In this document: positions 1-13,644 of the stretch, piece after piece
Layout of the letters: each line of letters opens with the position of its first letter
Numbering within the stretch: the first letter of the stretch is position 1
From: Phoronis australis
Lineage: Eukaryota > Animalia > Phoronida
Assembly (NCBI GenBank): GCA_002633005.1
Contig: NMRA01000341.1
Location: 415,660 to 479,659, forward strand
DNA length: 64,000 nucleotides
Direction of reading: 5' to 3'
Made by a program: the position numbers and the translations under genes
The notes under the pieces: generated by a model
The model's database searches: none
What the model saw: only the letters and a program-made list of their open reading frames with translations
What the model was told of the DNA's origin: nothing

Positions 1-57
1 ACTAACTTTGCCGTCGCCATCTAGGTCGGCTTCTTTAATCATGTCCGCTATTTCACC
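1..57 (-). CDS. Calmodulin-like protein, exon with EF-hand 4 (GEIADMIKEADLDGDGKVS), continues off window
   Basis: ttttttccAG acceptor at 58-59; phase 0 matches the donor at 159-160; EF-loop DLDGDGKVS. Confidence 0.9.
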
Positions 58-160
58 CTGGAAAAAACATAAGCGAAGCCAATAAACTTGCATTGCAACT
101 ATGCAAGGTTTGCAAATGAGATCGAATTTACTTGTCTGAGTTATAAAATGTTAGTCTTAC

Positions 161-336
161 TTTCGTTATCTTTTCCCCAAGTCCCTGTAATACATCATAC
201 AGCTCGTCGTTCGTAATAAAACCGTCTTTATTACCATCGAAAACATCGAACACCGCTCGCAGCTCCCTCTCTTGGTCGCTCGTCTCACGCTTAGACATCA
301 TTAGCAAAAACTCGTCAAAGTCAATCGAGTTGCTAC
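161..336 (-). CDS. Calmodulin-like protein, exon with end of EF2, linker and EF3
   Basis: AG at 337-338 and GTAAGA donor at 160; translates (G)SNSIDFDEFLLMMSKRETSDQERELRAVFDVFDGNKDGFITNDELYDVLQGLGEKITK. Confidence 0.93.
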
Positions 337-2796
337 CTGACAACAAAATTGATAGCGGTTAGATTATTACTTAGATCACACAGTTACAAAATTGGTCTCA
401 AATTGTTCCTTAATTAAAATATGCAAACGTGACTTTGGAGAGAACTGGCAGTTCATTATTCCTTGACACAATTAAGGTCAATGCTCAATAAATTGTAGCT
501 AGCCAGAGCGTGTTGTTTTATTCGCCAACAAGGGTGTCGCTGAACAACGAAGTGTCATTTCTTTGCATGAACAAAATCACAAGGACAAGTTGAAAACGAA
601 TGTAATGCAATACTTCAAAGAGGTCTTTCGCATACAACAGCTCCCGCCAACCAGGTGAAATAGGCGAGTCTATTTCTTTTTCATTTCATCAAACTGTGAT
701 TTTAGAGGAATACTGATTTTATTGGCTTCCTTTCAGTCCCAAGGAGGTTGCATCACTGGTAGATTCCATTTTGATATCGTGAACGAACGGTTTATTTTCA
801 TTGGTAAGTGTAAGCTGCGATCCCACTGCACAGCTGACACTTCGAGATTTTTGGTCAGCGAAAAAGGGTTTACTACGCGACGGATATTTTGCTGTGAGAA
901 ATTATTTCTTTGCGCCTTTCATTTTTCCAATATAGCGTTTGCTTAAATAGAAAGGTCAAACCGCAGAGAATCCACCTTCTACGATGCAAACCCCTTACTG
1001 TTGTAAAACTGACCAACGCCAAGTTGCGGTCATATCCCCTGTGCAACAAAAACACCCCGTCCCCCCGGTAAAACCAACTTATTGAACCTGTTCTGGCTAG
1101 TCAGTCCCTTTGAACCTATACAGGAAATCTAATTTGAGTAAGGAACGATTGAACACCAATTTTATGAGTGACCGAAATCAAAAAATTGTTTCCGAGGTTA
1201 ATAAGAGCTTTAGCTCCCATATAGCGCACCGTGAAACTAACATAATAACATAATTGTGAATTCCAAAATCTACAGAAGCGTGAATGGTGAAGTGACTGCG
1301 CGTCTTGAAAACTGCCAAGTTGAATGGAATTAATAAGCCAATTCCTGAACGCGGGCAAAACAGGTTAAATTGCGGTCTAAATTCGAAAATGTCCACTCTT
1401 ACATAATTGCCGTTTACAGTGAGTTGGAGTGCTAAATACATATTTACCTATCAACTACTGAACAAACTGAACGAAGTAATTACAATAACGCTGACTCTTG
1501 GCAAATATCACCGCATAGGATGACCCTGTATATATAAAGCTATTACTTTTTCCATACGGCCTATGCAGGAAATGTGAATAATTAACGCAAGGGTGTTTAG
1601 TTTTGGCTAACAAACTCAATTCGATTTTTGAGCTCCGTAATCTGTGACATTCTGCAGTGACATTAAACGCACAGACACAATTATCGACTTTAAAGGAAAT
1701 CTCTCGATGTTATGTACTTATAGTGCACGTTGAAGTTGCGAGTTAAATGTTTGTATGGGGGTTCATTTGTTTCTGTAATAGTCTCTTTTTCATGTGATAC
1801 ATACAGTGTTAACAAGTACGCATATCCGTTTTGTGTAGAGGATTCTGGGAACGACGGCTAGTCTGGCAGGTTTAGTTTCCTACCACTGGCAAAAAGAAGT
1901 CACGCAACTGTGAGCAACTGATAGGAATTCCGTTTCTGTCCCGACTGAAAAAAATTGACTTTATTTCAAAGGGTTAAACTAGTTCAATCACGTCAAAATA
2001 TGTATCTCTCCGACTATATTAGGCAACATACAACCTGGTGAAAGGTTTTCATCTTTTCTGTTATCAAACTTCAAGCCTTTTTGAACACAGTTTTGCACCT
2101 CCGACGAAAATTGAAAATCATCATCTATTCCCGTCTATTTCCGTGACCCGACTTCCTTATACTTCAGTTCGGGAACTAAACGACTCATGAATGAAAACCA
2201 TATCCTTGAAAACATATTAATACCACCTGGGCTTAAAATTGTTGTTATTTTCTGTGGTTGTTTTCGATTCAGATTTTGATTCTTTTTGTAAAAATTTGAT
2301 TGCCCAATTTTGCAGCTCTTTATATGAATTACACTCTAGACTCATTAACACTTAATGCTAAACTAGTTGCCAACATATCAAGTTTGTTTTCAGATGTTTG
2401 CCAGCAGTTGTATGCTAAGAAATCGGCCGTCGCTCAATGTTGGAAGGCGCCGTGTCGTCTAATACAGCCACCAGAGACACTGGAGGAAGTGAACCGTGAC
2501 GATTTTGTCTCACGATGGAGCGAGCCGAATGTCTCACCTGGTGGCTTTCTATTTTACCTGCATGGCGTGCGTAAATCCTCAAAGCACGCGAATGAGATGA
2601 GCTAAGTGCTTAGCCGATTACCTTCAGTAGCCATTTAAAATTATTATTGCATCTCCTGACAACAAATCTCTCCGGTTGGCTCATCCTAATCGTGTGGATT
2701 ACGTGTACATTTACGTTCACTTGCCGATTTAGTGCCCTTACCAGTGAGTTACTGAGGACCTGTTATGTGTGCAAAAACTGTTTGCAGCCAACTGTT

Positions 2797-3053
2797 ATTT
2801 CATCCATTCCATGAGCGGCCTTTTCGCCGTCTTCACACGCGATTTGGACAATGATATAATTAGCAATATACCAGTATGAGTTAATTAGATACTGTAAGTA
2901 TAGACGCTGACCAATAGTGAATCAAATAAACATTATGTAAACACATAAATACATGTATCAGGAACTCCAACTGGGAATCGAACCTCAGGTCTCAAGACTG
3001 CCGGTCTAGTGCTCTTACCACTGAGCTACTGATTTACCGATCACTGTGCAATT
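2797..3053 (-). mobile_element. tRNA-derived SINE with flanking direct repeats
   Basis: Minus-strand A box TAGCTCAGTGG and B box GGTTCGATTCC at about 2961-3035; 20-bp direct repeat actgtttgcagccaactgtt at 2777-2796 and 3054-3073. Confidence 0.65.
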
Positions 3054-3997
3054 ACTGTTTGCAGCCAACTGTTGCGTAAACCATCCCATATACGCATTCA
3101 GTACGTTGAGATATTTACTGTGAAATACAGGAAAGTAGAACCGATCCGTATAAAATGGCAGAGGCCGTATTTCAGGGTCGGTGTTTGATCTCCTGATGGA
3201 GTACAGTAAATTCGCATGTACGACGTCAAATTTGATTGGGCTCGTTCACTTGGGTTACCTAAAAGACTGATCCAATGGGCCGTTCCTGGAAAAGCAGTTT
3301 TACTGCTGTAAAAACTATTAAACTTTTTCTGACGACAATTCTGACGCACGGTGGTCAGGCGGATATTTTAGGCCACGCTAATTTTAATCTGGATCACAAT
3401 AAATGGGTCAATTGCCTAACACGTAGCGTTTCCTACAAAATAGGCAAAACCTGACTCAAATCAAACGAAAACGTTTTGTTGTGAATGCAAATGATATGTC
3501 TACATTGACTAAGATATTTACAGGGATTGCGACCTAATATCGAATGTGTTTTTTTAGACACAATCGTCTGCTAGAAGCATTCATAGACTCTCCCTCGCTG
3601 ATAGCGTAAAATCTTTTTTTTTGCGATACACTTCTTACCTCAAGTTCAGCAAATCAGCAGTTTCCACCGTTATTTTCAGTGATGTGATCAATATGGAGGA
3701 AATATTTCTATTCCAGAAACTAAAACACGAAAATAGATCTATACAAATAAGAAACTCATGGAAGCTGAAACGACACGCTGTTGTAGCTCAACTGTTCAGT
3801 TTATGTTTCAATTTCTATTTTCCCGGATGAATTGATTCTGAGTTCCCGACGAACTTTTTATATTATTAAAAGGTTCATTATTTTTACTTCAATACTTCAG
3901 AAACTGAAAGTTCTCATAAATTGAACATGAAATAAAACTTTACTAGTTATTAAACTTCGCGGATTATCTGATTGCTTAACCGGCGCGGCGTAGACAT

Positions 3998-4000
<3 letters not shown>

Positions 4001-4053
<53 letters not shown>

Positions 4054-4085
4054 NNNNNNNNNNNNTGTGTGTGTGTGTGTGTGTA

Positions 4086-4117
<32 letters not shown>

Positions 4118-4127
4118 TATGTATATA
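4001..4127. repeat. (TA)n / N gap / (TG)n microsatellite
   Basis: Seen directly; N run at 4054-4065. Confidence 0.95.
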
Positions 4128-4419
4128 TTCGATATATTCGATGTCGTTGGGACACTCCCAGATGACAGCAGAGTAGAGCTACTCAGCGATAAAATGGCGT
4201 CAAGAGCAAGTCATTTATGTGGAAAATGTTGGCATTTCCGCATATACTGCCGACTTCTTTCATTAAGTGTTTTGGTTAGGAACTGGTACTGTAGTTTGCT
4301 TCGATTAGGTCTTGCACAGGTACATGTACGACTTGCAAAATTTGGGTTCCAAGGTTTAAGAAGCTGGTCGAGCGTGTCTGTAATTACTTATTTACAGACG
4401 GGCTACATGTCTAGTTTAA

Positions 4420-4560
4420 AGCCTTGTTATTCAGCGGTTCCTGAATGAATCTCCCTTTCGTCTTAGCGGTTAATCTAAAATGGCGGCAGTGTATCACTCG
4501 GCAACAGATCGTGGTAACTGTAGATTTTTATCAATTTTTGCTTACGGATTACGTAGTAGT
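4420..4560 (+). repeat. Dispersed repeat, second copy at about 24315-24460
   Basis: Shared ttgttattca..gttcct.aatgaatctc...agcgg..aatctaaaatg.cgg..gtatcact.ggc. Confidence 0.6.
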
Positions 4561-4986
4561 TACTGATGGCTTCTTTACAAGACCCTAATAACTGCTGAAA
4601 TCACGCGCAACTAGATCTTAAAAGTTTGGGAGTATATATTTTTATTGGATTTGAATTGTAGTAGACTTCCCGCTCTACGGACCTACATATATTTATTGAC
4701 GACAGGCACGGATTTCAAATAGTGAACAAAGCCGTCTTTGTGGGTTGTTCAAAACACGACAGCTACTAGCCAATATTAACATTTGGTGAAGTTTCTGTAA
4801 CGTTCTTCTGGCCAACTCAGTGCGATTCAAGGTAGGCTACATGTACACACGTGACAGAACAAAAGATATTTGCTGTGTCATTCATGAGCAATCATTTATA
4901 TTTTGTCACTGAAGCCCTTCAGCCTCATGGCATGAGCTTCTAACTTCCATGTACTTAAGCATGCGTGAGTCGCTTCGGACTCTTAC

Positions 4987-5130
4987 CGTCCCTGTCAACT
5001 GTCCGTATCAATGTTTTGATCTCATTCACAGTTGGTCTGTAACCCAAATCCATCAGTACTGATTTCAGCTCGTCCGTTGATATCTCTCCGTCCCCGTTCT
5101 TGTCGAACACAGCGAAGGCGTCTTTAAATG
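4987..5130 (-). CDS. Calmodulin-like protein, 144-bp phase1-phase1 exon with EF1 and start of EF2
   Basis: gtttttacAG acceptor, GTAAGA donor; (A)FKDAFAVFDKNGDGEISTDELKSVLMDLGYRPTVNEIKTLIRTVDRD(G); boundaries match conserved calmodulin intron positions; absent from the ORF track. Confidence 0.93.
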
Positions 5131-6300
5131 CTGTAAAAACAACTATATCACAAGCCTCATAGACAGCACAAGACGTGAGACATTAAAAGATGAACTAAGA
5201 ACCCGCCATATGTTAAATGAAAACCACCTCATTTGAGTTACACTACTCACAGTTATAAAATTGGCCTGAAAATTTCATTTCCTGATTAGAAGTGATTTCA
5301 GGGTTTAGAAACAACTGACTAAGACAGTTCAATATCTGGGCAACAGACTGGCTGGTCATCTTACAAGTCAAGCATGTATTCAACTAATAACGAATTGTCA
5401 GTTCCTACCACGCTTAGAAATCCCTGCCAATCTGAGTGATGGACCAAGTTACATTGAGACTAGACTCATAACAGAATTTGGTCTAAATCCCCAGTTATAT
5501 GATCTTGTGGTCTGGCTTTATCTTACTTAAAATATTTACTGTTATTGATAATAATAACAGTGGGTATTTAAAATAAAATTTTGGTTTTATCATCCAAGTC
5601 TTTTTAATTCAGTTTTATATGAAGCTATGCGGGTAGTGGATATTTTGATTGCTGTTCAGTACCTCTTAATTTTTTTGTCATGACATTTTGAACTTTGACT
5701 AGTTATGAGTGATGATATACTCAATGTTACTTCATTTTGTAAGTTGTGAGCTATTCTACAGATTAGCAAGTGACTTGTAACTGTTGGTGAGTGGGAGAGT
5801 AGGATTGAGCCCTATACTGGCATGTCTAATAAATAATAGAATGTTCTAAAATTGTATTACGATTTTGTGGTAGTGATGAATTGCCTTGCTTTCTTCTTCT
5901 CACTTGTGTTACACCCACTGCACAAAACAATTGTCTGCATTGCTAGTAGCCTGGTGCATTGAATATGGAACACGGGTGGAGATGAAACTAGCAGTGAGCT
6001 GAGAGCAACATGTACATGTATGTCAATGGTCAGGGGAGCAACCAAAACGTGTGACGATGGGAGGGGCTCAACACCCATGTGGCATACATACCCATTGGTT
6101 TTTACCTGTTTAGCAATCCTCCCATGTAACCCCCCTGGGAGGGGTCAACACCCATTTGGCGCCCACCTAGTTTTTGCCTGGTACCCCCTTAGCTGGCACC
6201 TGTGGGGAATTCCCCTCTGAACCCACAGGAACAATCATTCAAATTATGTAGTCCATGGAGGTATGAACTGTTATAAGGAACGATAACTGCCGTGTTAAGA

Positions 6301-6612
6301 ACTCAAACATGAAACAAAACCATGATGGATTTTGAAGGGAGCTTCAAGAGAATAAAAACAAATACACTTTTATATTGATTAAAATACACATTTTCTATCT
6401 CACTCTATTGTAAGTGGATGTTAGTTTATGTATTCCAACCATATTCAATCACTCAGTAATTTTATTGCTCGTTGAATGTCATTAAAGTATGAATTTATGA
6501 GTGTTCGGACTACGCTCCTAACTAAGTGTTGATCAGTCACCGCTTGGAACGCTAGTGTTTCGACCGGTAACCATTGCGGCGAATGGTAAAATGGCGGAGT
6601 GAACTCTCATGT
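6301..6612 (+). repeat. Dispersed ~310-bp repeat, inverted copy at 13645-13962
   Basis: aaacaaaaccatgatggattttgaagggagcttcaagagaat is the reverse complement of about 13912-13953, and similarity extends to ggcggagtgaact. Confidence 0.85.
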
Positions 6613-7519
6613 ACTAGTACACTACTTGATAAGAGCTTCTTAAAGTGGTTAAAATATCTAAACCTACGGGACACACTTCAAACTAGAGTAACTGTTACAT
6701 GAGCCGACGCATTTACACGATTTTTGTAGGCAGCAAGTAGGAGTTTTCACTGACATTGCAATTGACAATCACAGTTTTCACTTGGACGCCTCCAGCGCAG
6801 GAAAACTCGTCTGCTCCACGTGCCAAGTCAGCCATTACATTAACAAAACGTAAATTGGGCGCTTCGTGAACATTTTCATATGCGTTGAACATGTTTGTTA
6901 ATGTCTTTATTCTATGATTCGCTCAGCTTGGCCTTACTCTGTGCGTATACTCCAAGAGGGTGCAAATACTGGCGCAGCTGCTCGTCAACCTATGGGATCT
7001 CAAAAAAAACCGGCCAGATCTCGAACCGCCAGTTCACATTTTTTTGGAATTGATTAACCTTATCCTCAGAACTAGCCCGATCTGATTCCACTCGATTGAT
7101 TACTTTTTGTGATTTAGTAACACCTTATTGACAAGTTTGCATATTTAGCTACATATCTACAAAATAAAGATTTTAACTTGGTATATGCTGTATTCTGAAA
7201 GTAGACTGCTGTCGAATTTAATTTTCGACTTTTTTGCCAACACATTATTAATTGAAATACGCAACCATGCCTTTCATATAAAAACGACATGATCAAATTT
7301 TATTTGAAACAAATAGTCAATTATATTGTTTGATTTCAAACTCTCTTAGAGTTTTCGGAAAAAACATTTCGCTTTCGGTTTTATGCGTTTTAGCAGATTA
7401 GTAAATACTCTCCCGATTTGTCTCCCGACTTGGCCGCGGTACTGCAAGCAAGAAGTTTTCCAAAATAAATTTTTTCTTCCACTTTTTAACTATACACACC
7501 ACAACTTTTGAGAACCCCC

Positions 7520-7528
7520 CTCTCTCTC

Positions 7529-7626
<98 letters not shown>
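7520..7626. repeat. (TC)n(TA)n compound microsatellite
   Basis: Seen directly. Confidence 0.95.
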
Positions 7627-7627
<1 letters not shown>

Positions 7628-7686
7628 GTATATTATGCTTAATGGATATTTTCATGGTGGCTTCAAATACATAAACAATGTCTTAC

Positions 7687-7738
7687 CTTGGATTTTATCT
7701 TCTGGAAATCCATAGGTGTTTTTAACGTATGCGCCACT
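7687..7738 (-). CDS. Calmodulin-like protein, N-terminal 52-bp exon (SGAYVKNTYGFPEDKIQ)
   Basis: tttctgttttAG acceptor and AAG|GTAAGA phase-1 donor; spliced FPEDKIQAFKDAF parallels calmodulin LTEEQIAEFKEAF; phase-0 start fits an ATG-only first exon. Confidence 0.8.
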
Positions 7739-8220
7739 CTAAAACAGAAAGAAAAAATGACCTTGAAATTCTATTTCCAGTTGCTGTTGCAAGAAGGTTA
7801 CTGCCTGATATTTACTTTCTGGATACCAACACAAACAAATGCATATACATGTACATGTAACGCGTTGTACTGAGACTAATAAGCTACAACATTACCAACA
7901 AATCTGTGTTTTCGGCTATCACTTCTGACCAGGTGACACCACTTTGAGTTGATAAATACACTGCAAATTTCGCCAACATACAGAAACGACCATTGATTAG
8001 GGAACTAGGTTATGGAACTAATTTGCATACAATATGGGGTCAATTGGCACGCGTTAACGACATTTACTGAAACAGAATGGTCTGATGTAAATTTTTAATT
8101 AAGTGTTGTTATCAAACGATAGGTTTCTATAGTTTGGGAAAGTGGATGCTGGTGTAAACCTCGAACTGATGACGAATCTGTTGTATTCGAAGTTCAGTAC
8201 ATTTCATAATGCACAATACA

Positions 8221-8372
8221 CATGGGCGTATTCAGGATTTTGAGTTGGGGGGGGGGCAGGGCAGACTATTAGCCTGGATTTTCCCCTCAGGCATTTGCAG
8301 CCCCGAACTGCCAAATGGAATCAGGGATATTTTAGGGCGGGCCATGGCCCCCTATGTCTAAATCCGCCACTG
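8221..8372. mobile_element. Small MITE-like element with hAT-type ends
   Basis: Imperfect inverted ends catgggcgtattcag / ctaaatccgccactg; no clear TSD. Confidence 0.4.
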
Positions 8373-8684
8373 ATACAAGTGAAGGTAAAGCATAGTTCCA
8401 GAGGCAAGCAGCAAAGTTGTAGCAAGTATTGTCTTCTGGTTTCCTTTATCTCGCAAATTGAGCCGAGCTTCAAAAGAGGTTGAACATGCCAAGATTTCGC
8501 GAATTTCCGATCGTTCGGTATAACATAGGAAGTGTCAAATGTAGCAGCGTAGTGTGGTAGTGTAGCTCGGTCCGTCAATGCGACATCTGTAAATAACTAA
8601 GTATAGAATACTCAATTATTCTAGTTACAGCAACTGGCAGTATATCCAGGAGAACTGACTGTCTTCACTAGAGAATATGTAAGG

Positions 8685-8704
8685 TATATATACATATACA
8701 TATA

Positions 8705-8738
<34 letters not shown>

Positions 8739-8771
8739 CATGTATATATGTATGTATGCATGTATATATAT
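8685..8771. repeat. (TA)n/(TATG)n microsatellite
   Basis: Seen directly. Confidence 0.9.
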
Positions 8772-9329
8772 ACAACTTATAAATGTGTGGGCTGCATGCA
8801 CTGAACTTCACGACTCAAATTTCTACAGGAAATAACAATCAACAATTCTATGAACATTTAGAGCAATCACAAAAAATGATTATTGTTTTTGCCATACACG
8901 GTCATGGTCAACTGCGTCAGGCAAGTGAATGACTTTTACATAATCTAGTTTACTTCAGAGTGTGAGGATGAACCGGAAGGACCACTTACTGTCTAAACTG
9001 GAAACCAACCAAGTAAGCATTAACATCAGGAATTTTCTAGCAAAGTAATAATAATGATATTAAAAAATCAATATACTCAATAAATAGGCAACATGAAATT
9101 CATGACACTGATTGTATGCCCCAGGGCGTCTTTACTTTACACTCCTTAAGTACAGTGTAAGTCCAAGCGTACAGTGCACTTTCGTAAATAGGGACATACA
9201 TGTATAAACGAAAATTTCGTTTAAAGTAGAAGTTCACGAATGTTTCCCTAGTTCCTAAAGACGACACACTGTTTAACAAGAGCAAAGCGCAAACGTTGTG
9301 CTTCTAGGCGTGTTTATTTGTATCATAAA

Positions 9330-10180
9330 AATGGCCAATAGACGGCTCAGAATACATCGAACCCATCCAAAAATGCGAAGGTGTCGTCGTCTCTCGGACG
9401 TATTAGCCAAATTTTAAGAAAATCCGTCAAAGAACTCCAAAGATACAAAGGGAAGCGTAAAAAACTGCCATTAGGAACCACAGCAGTAGTCGAATTCACC
9501 CACCTGCTGTCAAAGTAATAGGAATGCAATTGCAAAATTTCAAAAACACCTTACAAGGTGTTTAGGAGATACAGCCATGGATGCGAAAAATGTCATTAGG
9601 CGCCACCACAGCAGAGAGAGACCCATTTGAAAGTCTGCATTGTGTCATGGTTTTGTCAGTAGAAACACCTCTGCCAATTTTCATATTAATACAGAAGCAA
9701 ACGGCAAAACAAACTAAAATATAATTAACATGGCCAGTAATTGCTGCATAATACGTCAAATCCGTCACAGAATGAAGAGCTGTCGACGTCTTGATAATAT
9801 AAATTGCTTTGTCCAATTTCATGAAAAAGCATCAAGGAACTCTGAAGTTACATATGACAACGTAAAAAATAAATTGCCATTAGGGGGCACAGCTGTGGTT
9901 GGATCAGTCTGAAACTGCCCGCTTTCTGTTGTCATCTTCAAAGGAGCACATCTGCTAAATTTCTGAAAGATCTTGCACAGTAGTTGAACACGTCCGAAAA
10001 ATAACGTCACCCTCGGTCTTCTGATCAGGAACACATCTACAAATTTCAATAATAACCCTTCAAATAATTTGGTCTATTAAGAGGGTGTGATGTAAAATAC
10101 GTAATAAAAAAATAAAATGGCCACCAAGTGCCACATAATACGTCAATTCCGTCCGAAAAGTAAAAGACTATCTGCAAATT
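9330..10180 (+). repeat. Internally repetitive dispersed repeat; related inverted copy at about 45780-46890
   Basis: Recurrent units gccattagg..cacagc and cataatacgtcaa.tccgtc; gtcttctgatcaggaac and tagggggcacagctgtg match reverse complements near 46390 and 46560. Confidence 0.65.
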
Positions 10181-10874
10181 TCATGATAATGGTCAGTACC
10201 GTATTGGAATCGGCGCCATATTGCAATATTCTAATACGGTCCAGGACCGCATTGGAATTCTGATTCGGGTGGACCGTATCGGAAATGATGTTTGTTGATT
10301 GATTTCTGGGCTTCTCAATAACTCCACTTAATGATTACTCATGGTTCAGTGCTATTGAACAGACCAAACTTAATAAAACTAAAAAGTAAACTTAACGATT
10401 GAAAACCTGAACAACACGACTGGTCTTTCAAAATTGCCCAATGCAAAGAAAAAGCATGCGCATAGGCTGAATTAAGCCGAGACGTAAAATATTTGTAAAC
10501 TATGCAAAAGATCAATTAGCAAGAAATCCGAACGAAAAATGAGATTGCAAGCCTAAAACACTGAACTGGGTGACCTGATGGAGTGAACTTAAACAACAAC
10601 TTTGTTTTTGATCGTCACTCGCTGGCAGTTCAATAAGGGAACCCTGCAAAACAATAAAAGTACTAGATTCGTTGGAACATAGGTCAATGACAGGCATGCA
10701 TTTGGGGGACTTGATTTATATACATGTTGGATCCACGTATAGACTCATTTACTTATGTTCACTTCAGACCATATTCTGAGCTTGACGTAAGGAAAGAATC
10801 TCACGATATCGGCTTCGACATCGACACTTAAAAACATCGTGAGTTTTCACTTCCGGCAAAGATATTATAGGTAC

Positions 10875-10964
10875 ACCATACAGTATCTTTGCTTCCGGTA
10901 TCACAGGGGTACAGACCATACACTATCTTTGCTTCCGGTATCACAGGGGTACAGACCATACACT
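10875..10964. repeat. 40-bp tandem duplication (about 2.2 units)
   Basis: accataca.tatctttgcttccggtatcacaggggtacag repeated. Confidence 0.95.
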
Positions 10965-11109
10965 CCAAGTGGTTAATTCTGACGTTATCAATGGTCTGGT
11001 CAATAAAAGACCTTGCTTACACCCTATCTCAACACACATGGAAAATGCACAACTTACAGAAAGCACAACACACTAAATACGGTTTCTTGCTTTGCTACGT
11101 CCAACTAAG

Positions 11110-11400
11110 GAAAATTGAGATGCCAAAAATAGTCAAAAATGCGATTTTGGCGTTTTTGTACCTAAAATGACAAATTCACGTCTGCCCCGGTACAAGAGAG
11201 GATTCATGATCGAATTGCTCGTGAACTCTAGATTCCTGAAATTTAGGTTAAACGTGTCATTAAAAACCAGATTTTTGCCAATTTCCACTTGTCCGAAGAG
11301 TAAATTGTGTAAGAATAACCCACCCAACGAGAACTAGTGTGGTTTGAAAATGCCGAAACTCCTGTATCCAGGTAGGTAAGAGCAGAGGTCAAATTTCTGC
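11110..11400 (-). repeat. Dispersed repeat family; other copies at about 13330-13630 and 22765-23240 in opposite orientation
   Basis: tacctaaaat.acaaattcacg and aagagcaga.gtcaa match reverse complements at 22770-23030; tacggaagtgccgc and gtccgagacag are shared by the 13.3-kb and 22.8-kb copies. Confidence 0.7.
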
Positions 11401-13644
11401 ACTTAATTTAGTCAAAACAACTTCAAGAAACTCGTGAATACCCATGACGTACGTGACTAACGCCGTAACCCCATTCAAAGAGTCTATTAAGTGCAAGCCC
11501 TTAGTTGGAATGGTAGTCTTAATACGATTGCAGTGGTAAATTATAACCACCAATTATCATCCTCCCACCTTCATCTGACTGGCGAAGCCGAGATTATGAT
11601 AAAGGTTAAAAACAAACTTCGTGAATACTCAATTCTCTACTATACTCGTGCGCTACGCATCTCCACCTCTAAACTGTGTATTGTGCCGTGAAAACAATCC
11701 AATCAGTGTCAACTGGATAGGCAAGGCTGCAGTGACAGAATGAGCAAAGGCTGTGGTTGAAAAATAAACGTATTCCTCTAAAAAAACAGCCTCATATTAT
11801 TCCTTCCGTGATTGTATTCTAGTTCCGCTACCGAAAAGGAATTTCAAAACCGTCATAGACGAGAAAACGCGGCTCCAGAGCTTATTGGAGATGGGCATTT
11901 GACCCCAAAATTTGCAAATTCGAAAACGACACGAGTGTTGCATTGCTTGTGACTAAGTTGGCCACAATTTAAGATCGGATGAGCAGCGGTGGTAATTTGC
12001 TTATAAATCCAATATGTTTTGGTTCATAATTCAACACTGGCAGCTTAACATCGACGAGATGCCCGTTTAAGAATATCTTATAACCTCGAATCCGAATCTA
12101 ACCAAGAGACAGCGAATGCGCAGGTGTGAACATCAGGATTTGTGAATGTACATGTACTGTAAAGTGGTCGTGCAAAACAGGGTTAATTCATGGTTGATTA
12201 TGACAGTTCTACTCGTCTTTGGATGACTAGATTGATGACGTCGACCTGATAAACGCCGGGATTTTACGTGCTTTACACATTTGTGTAGTCTAACACTTGT
12301 TTAATTAATCTTCTTCGTAACCAGCGATATTACATAATAACACCGATGTAATGGGCTCACTATATAAATTACATATTGTGACAAGAACCAAATGAATGAC
12401 ATGGAACAATTTATTTCTTTTGTTAACACACGATTTGCATACGAGTTCTCAGGCTAATAATTACGCAAAATCGTTTGACCTTCTCAATATACTATGAGGT
12501 CACAAAGTGGAGGTAACGGTTACTTGGAATTAGGAAACTGTTTTGGAAACCATCGCACAAAAGAACACAGGGACGAAGCACAAAAGCAGCTGTGCAAGTT
12601 TCTGAGGCGCCAGAAATGTCTAAACTTCATGGTGGACTGAAGCAGAGAACGCAACCAACTTAAAAAACTATAGTAGAACAATTTATCGTTTCAAGAAAAA
12701 TGAAGTCATGGTGTCCATGGACCCTATAAGAAGATACATTATTAGGGTGCTATAACCGCTATCAATCTTGTCTTTACCCGCTCATTAATGTAGCTTGTTA
12801 TGGCGGGTTCTTCAATTTGTCTAGCATGGTCTCATGCGCTACCAACCCATAATTTCTTCCGGCCTATATATATCAACCATTTTCTGAGTATTGAACAATC
12901 TGAGGCCGATTTCCAGCAGAAAGTGATGTAAACTCAGAAGTTAGCTTCTTTGACGGTAGTCGCGCTAAGCGAGCTGAATATTTACACTGAAGTTACTGAT
13001 TATAAATAATGTGAGAAACATTTCAAGAAACATTAAGCAAAATGTATGCAGAACAGAGTGACTTACACCCTTCACTCGATGCTATGCTTATACTCCCTTG
13101 CAGATGAGTCTACCTTGTCAAATTAAGCCAGTCGCATACACCAACTACATAGGCAAACAAGTAGGAATTTTAATTGTCTTTTTTTGCAAGATGACCATAG
13201 TCTGCTAAATTGACAAATTAATAAAATGGGGTGGGTGGCTTTTGACGGTGGATATGTGGACTCGATGGGAAGTGGTTTCCAAAAATGGTATTTAGTTTTT
13301 CCTGAAGTTGTTTAAAGTAAACTGAGTCCAGAAATTTGACATGTGCTTTTCTACTAGTATACGGAAGTGCCGCTATTTTGAAAGCACATCTTTGTTGAGT
13401 CTTGAATTCTTGGGGTAATGTTCATTTTGGCACCTCTTTTTCGCCGATGTATGTAATAAGGAAAAAAAGACACGGCTTTGCTGAATTTCTTAATTTTTGA
13501 GAAGGCCTATAGACTGTCGGTGCTACTGTCAGTTATGCCGTTTTTCTTGTGTCCGAGACAGCAGTACAAAAGGGGCTTTGATTGACACAGGTCAGTTATA
13601 AGGTCAAAATCAATCACAGGTACTGTGGCCTTAGCAAAGACTGT

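Noticed and set aside
2961-3035. Functional tRNA gene
   Set aside because: Acceptor and anticodon stems do not pair well and it sits within a direct-repeat-flanked SINE-like insert
3972-4448. 158-aa ORF
   Set aside because: Driven by TA/TG microsatellites and an N gap
7398-7655. 85-aa ORF with IY/ER repeats
   Set aside because: Microsatellite translation
10875-10964. CRISPR-like direct repeats
   Set aside because: Plain tandem duplication with no spacers, eukaryotic context, no cas genes
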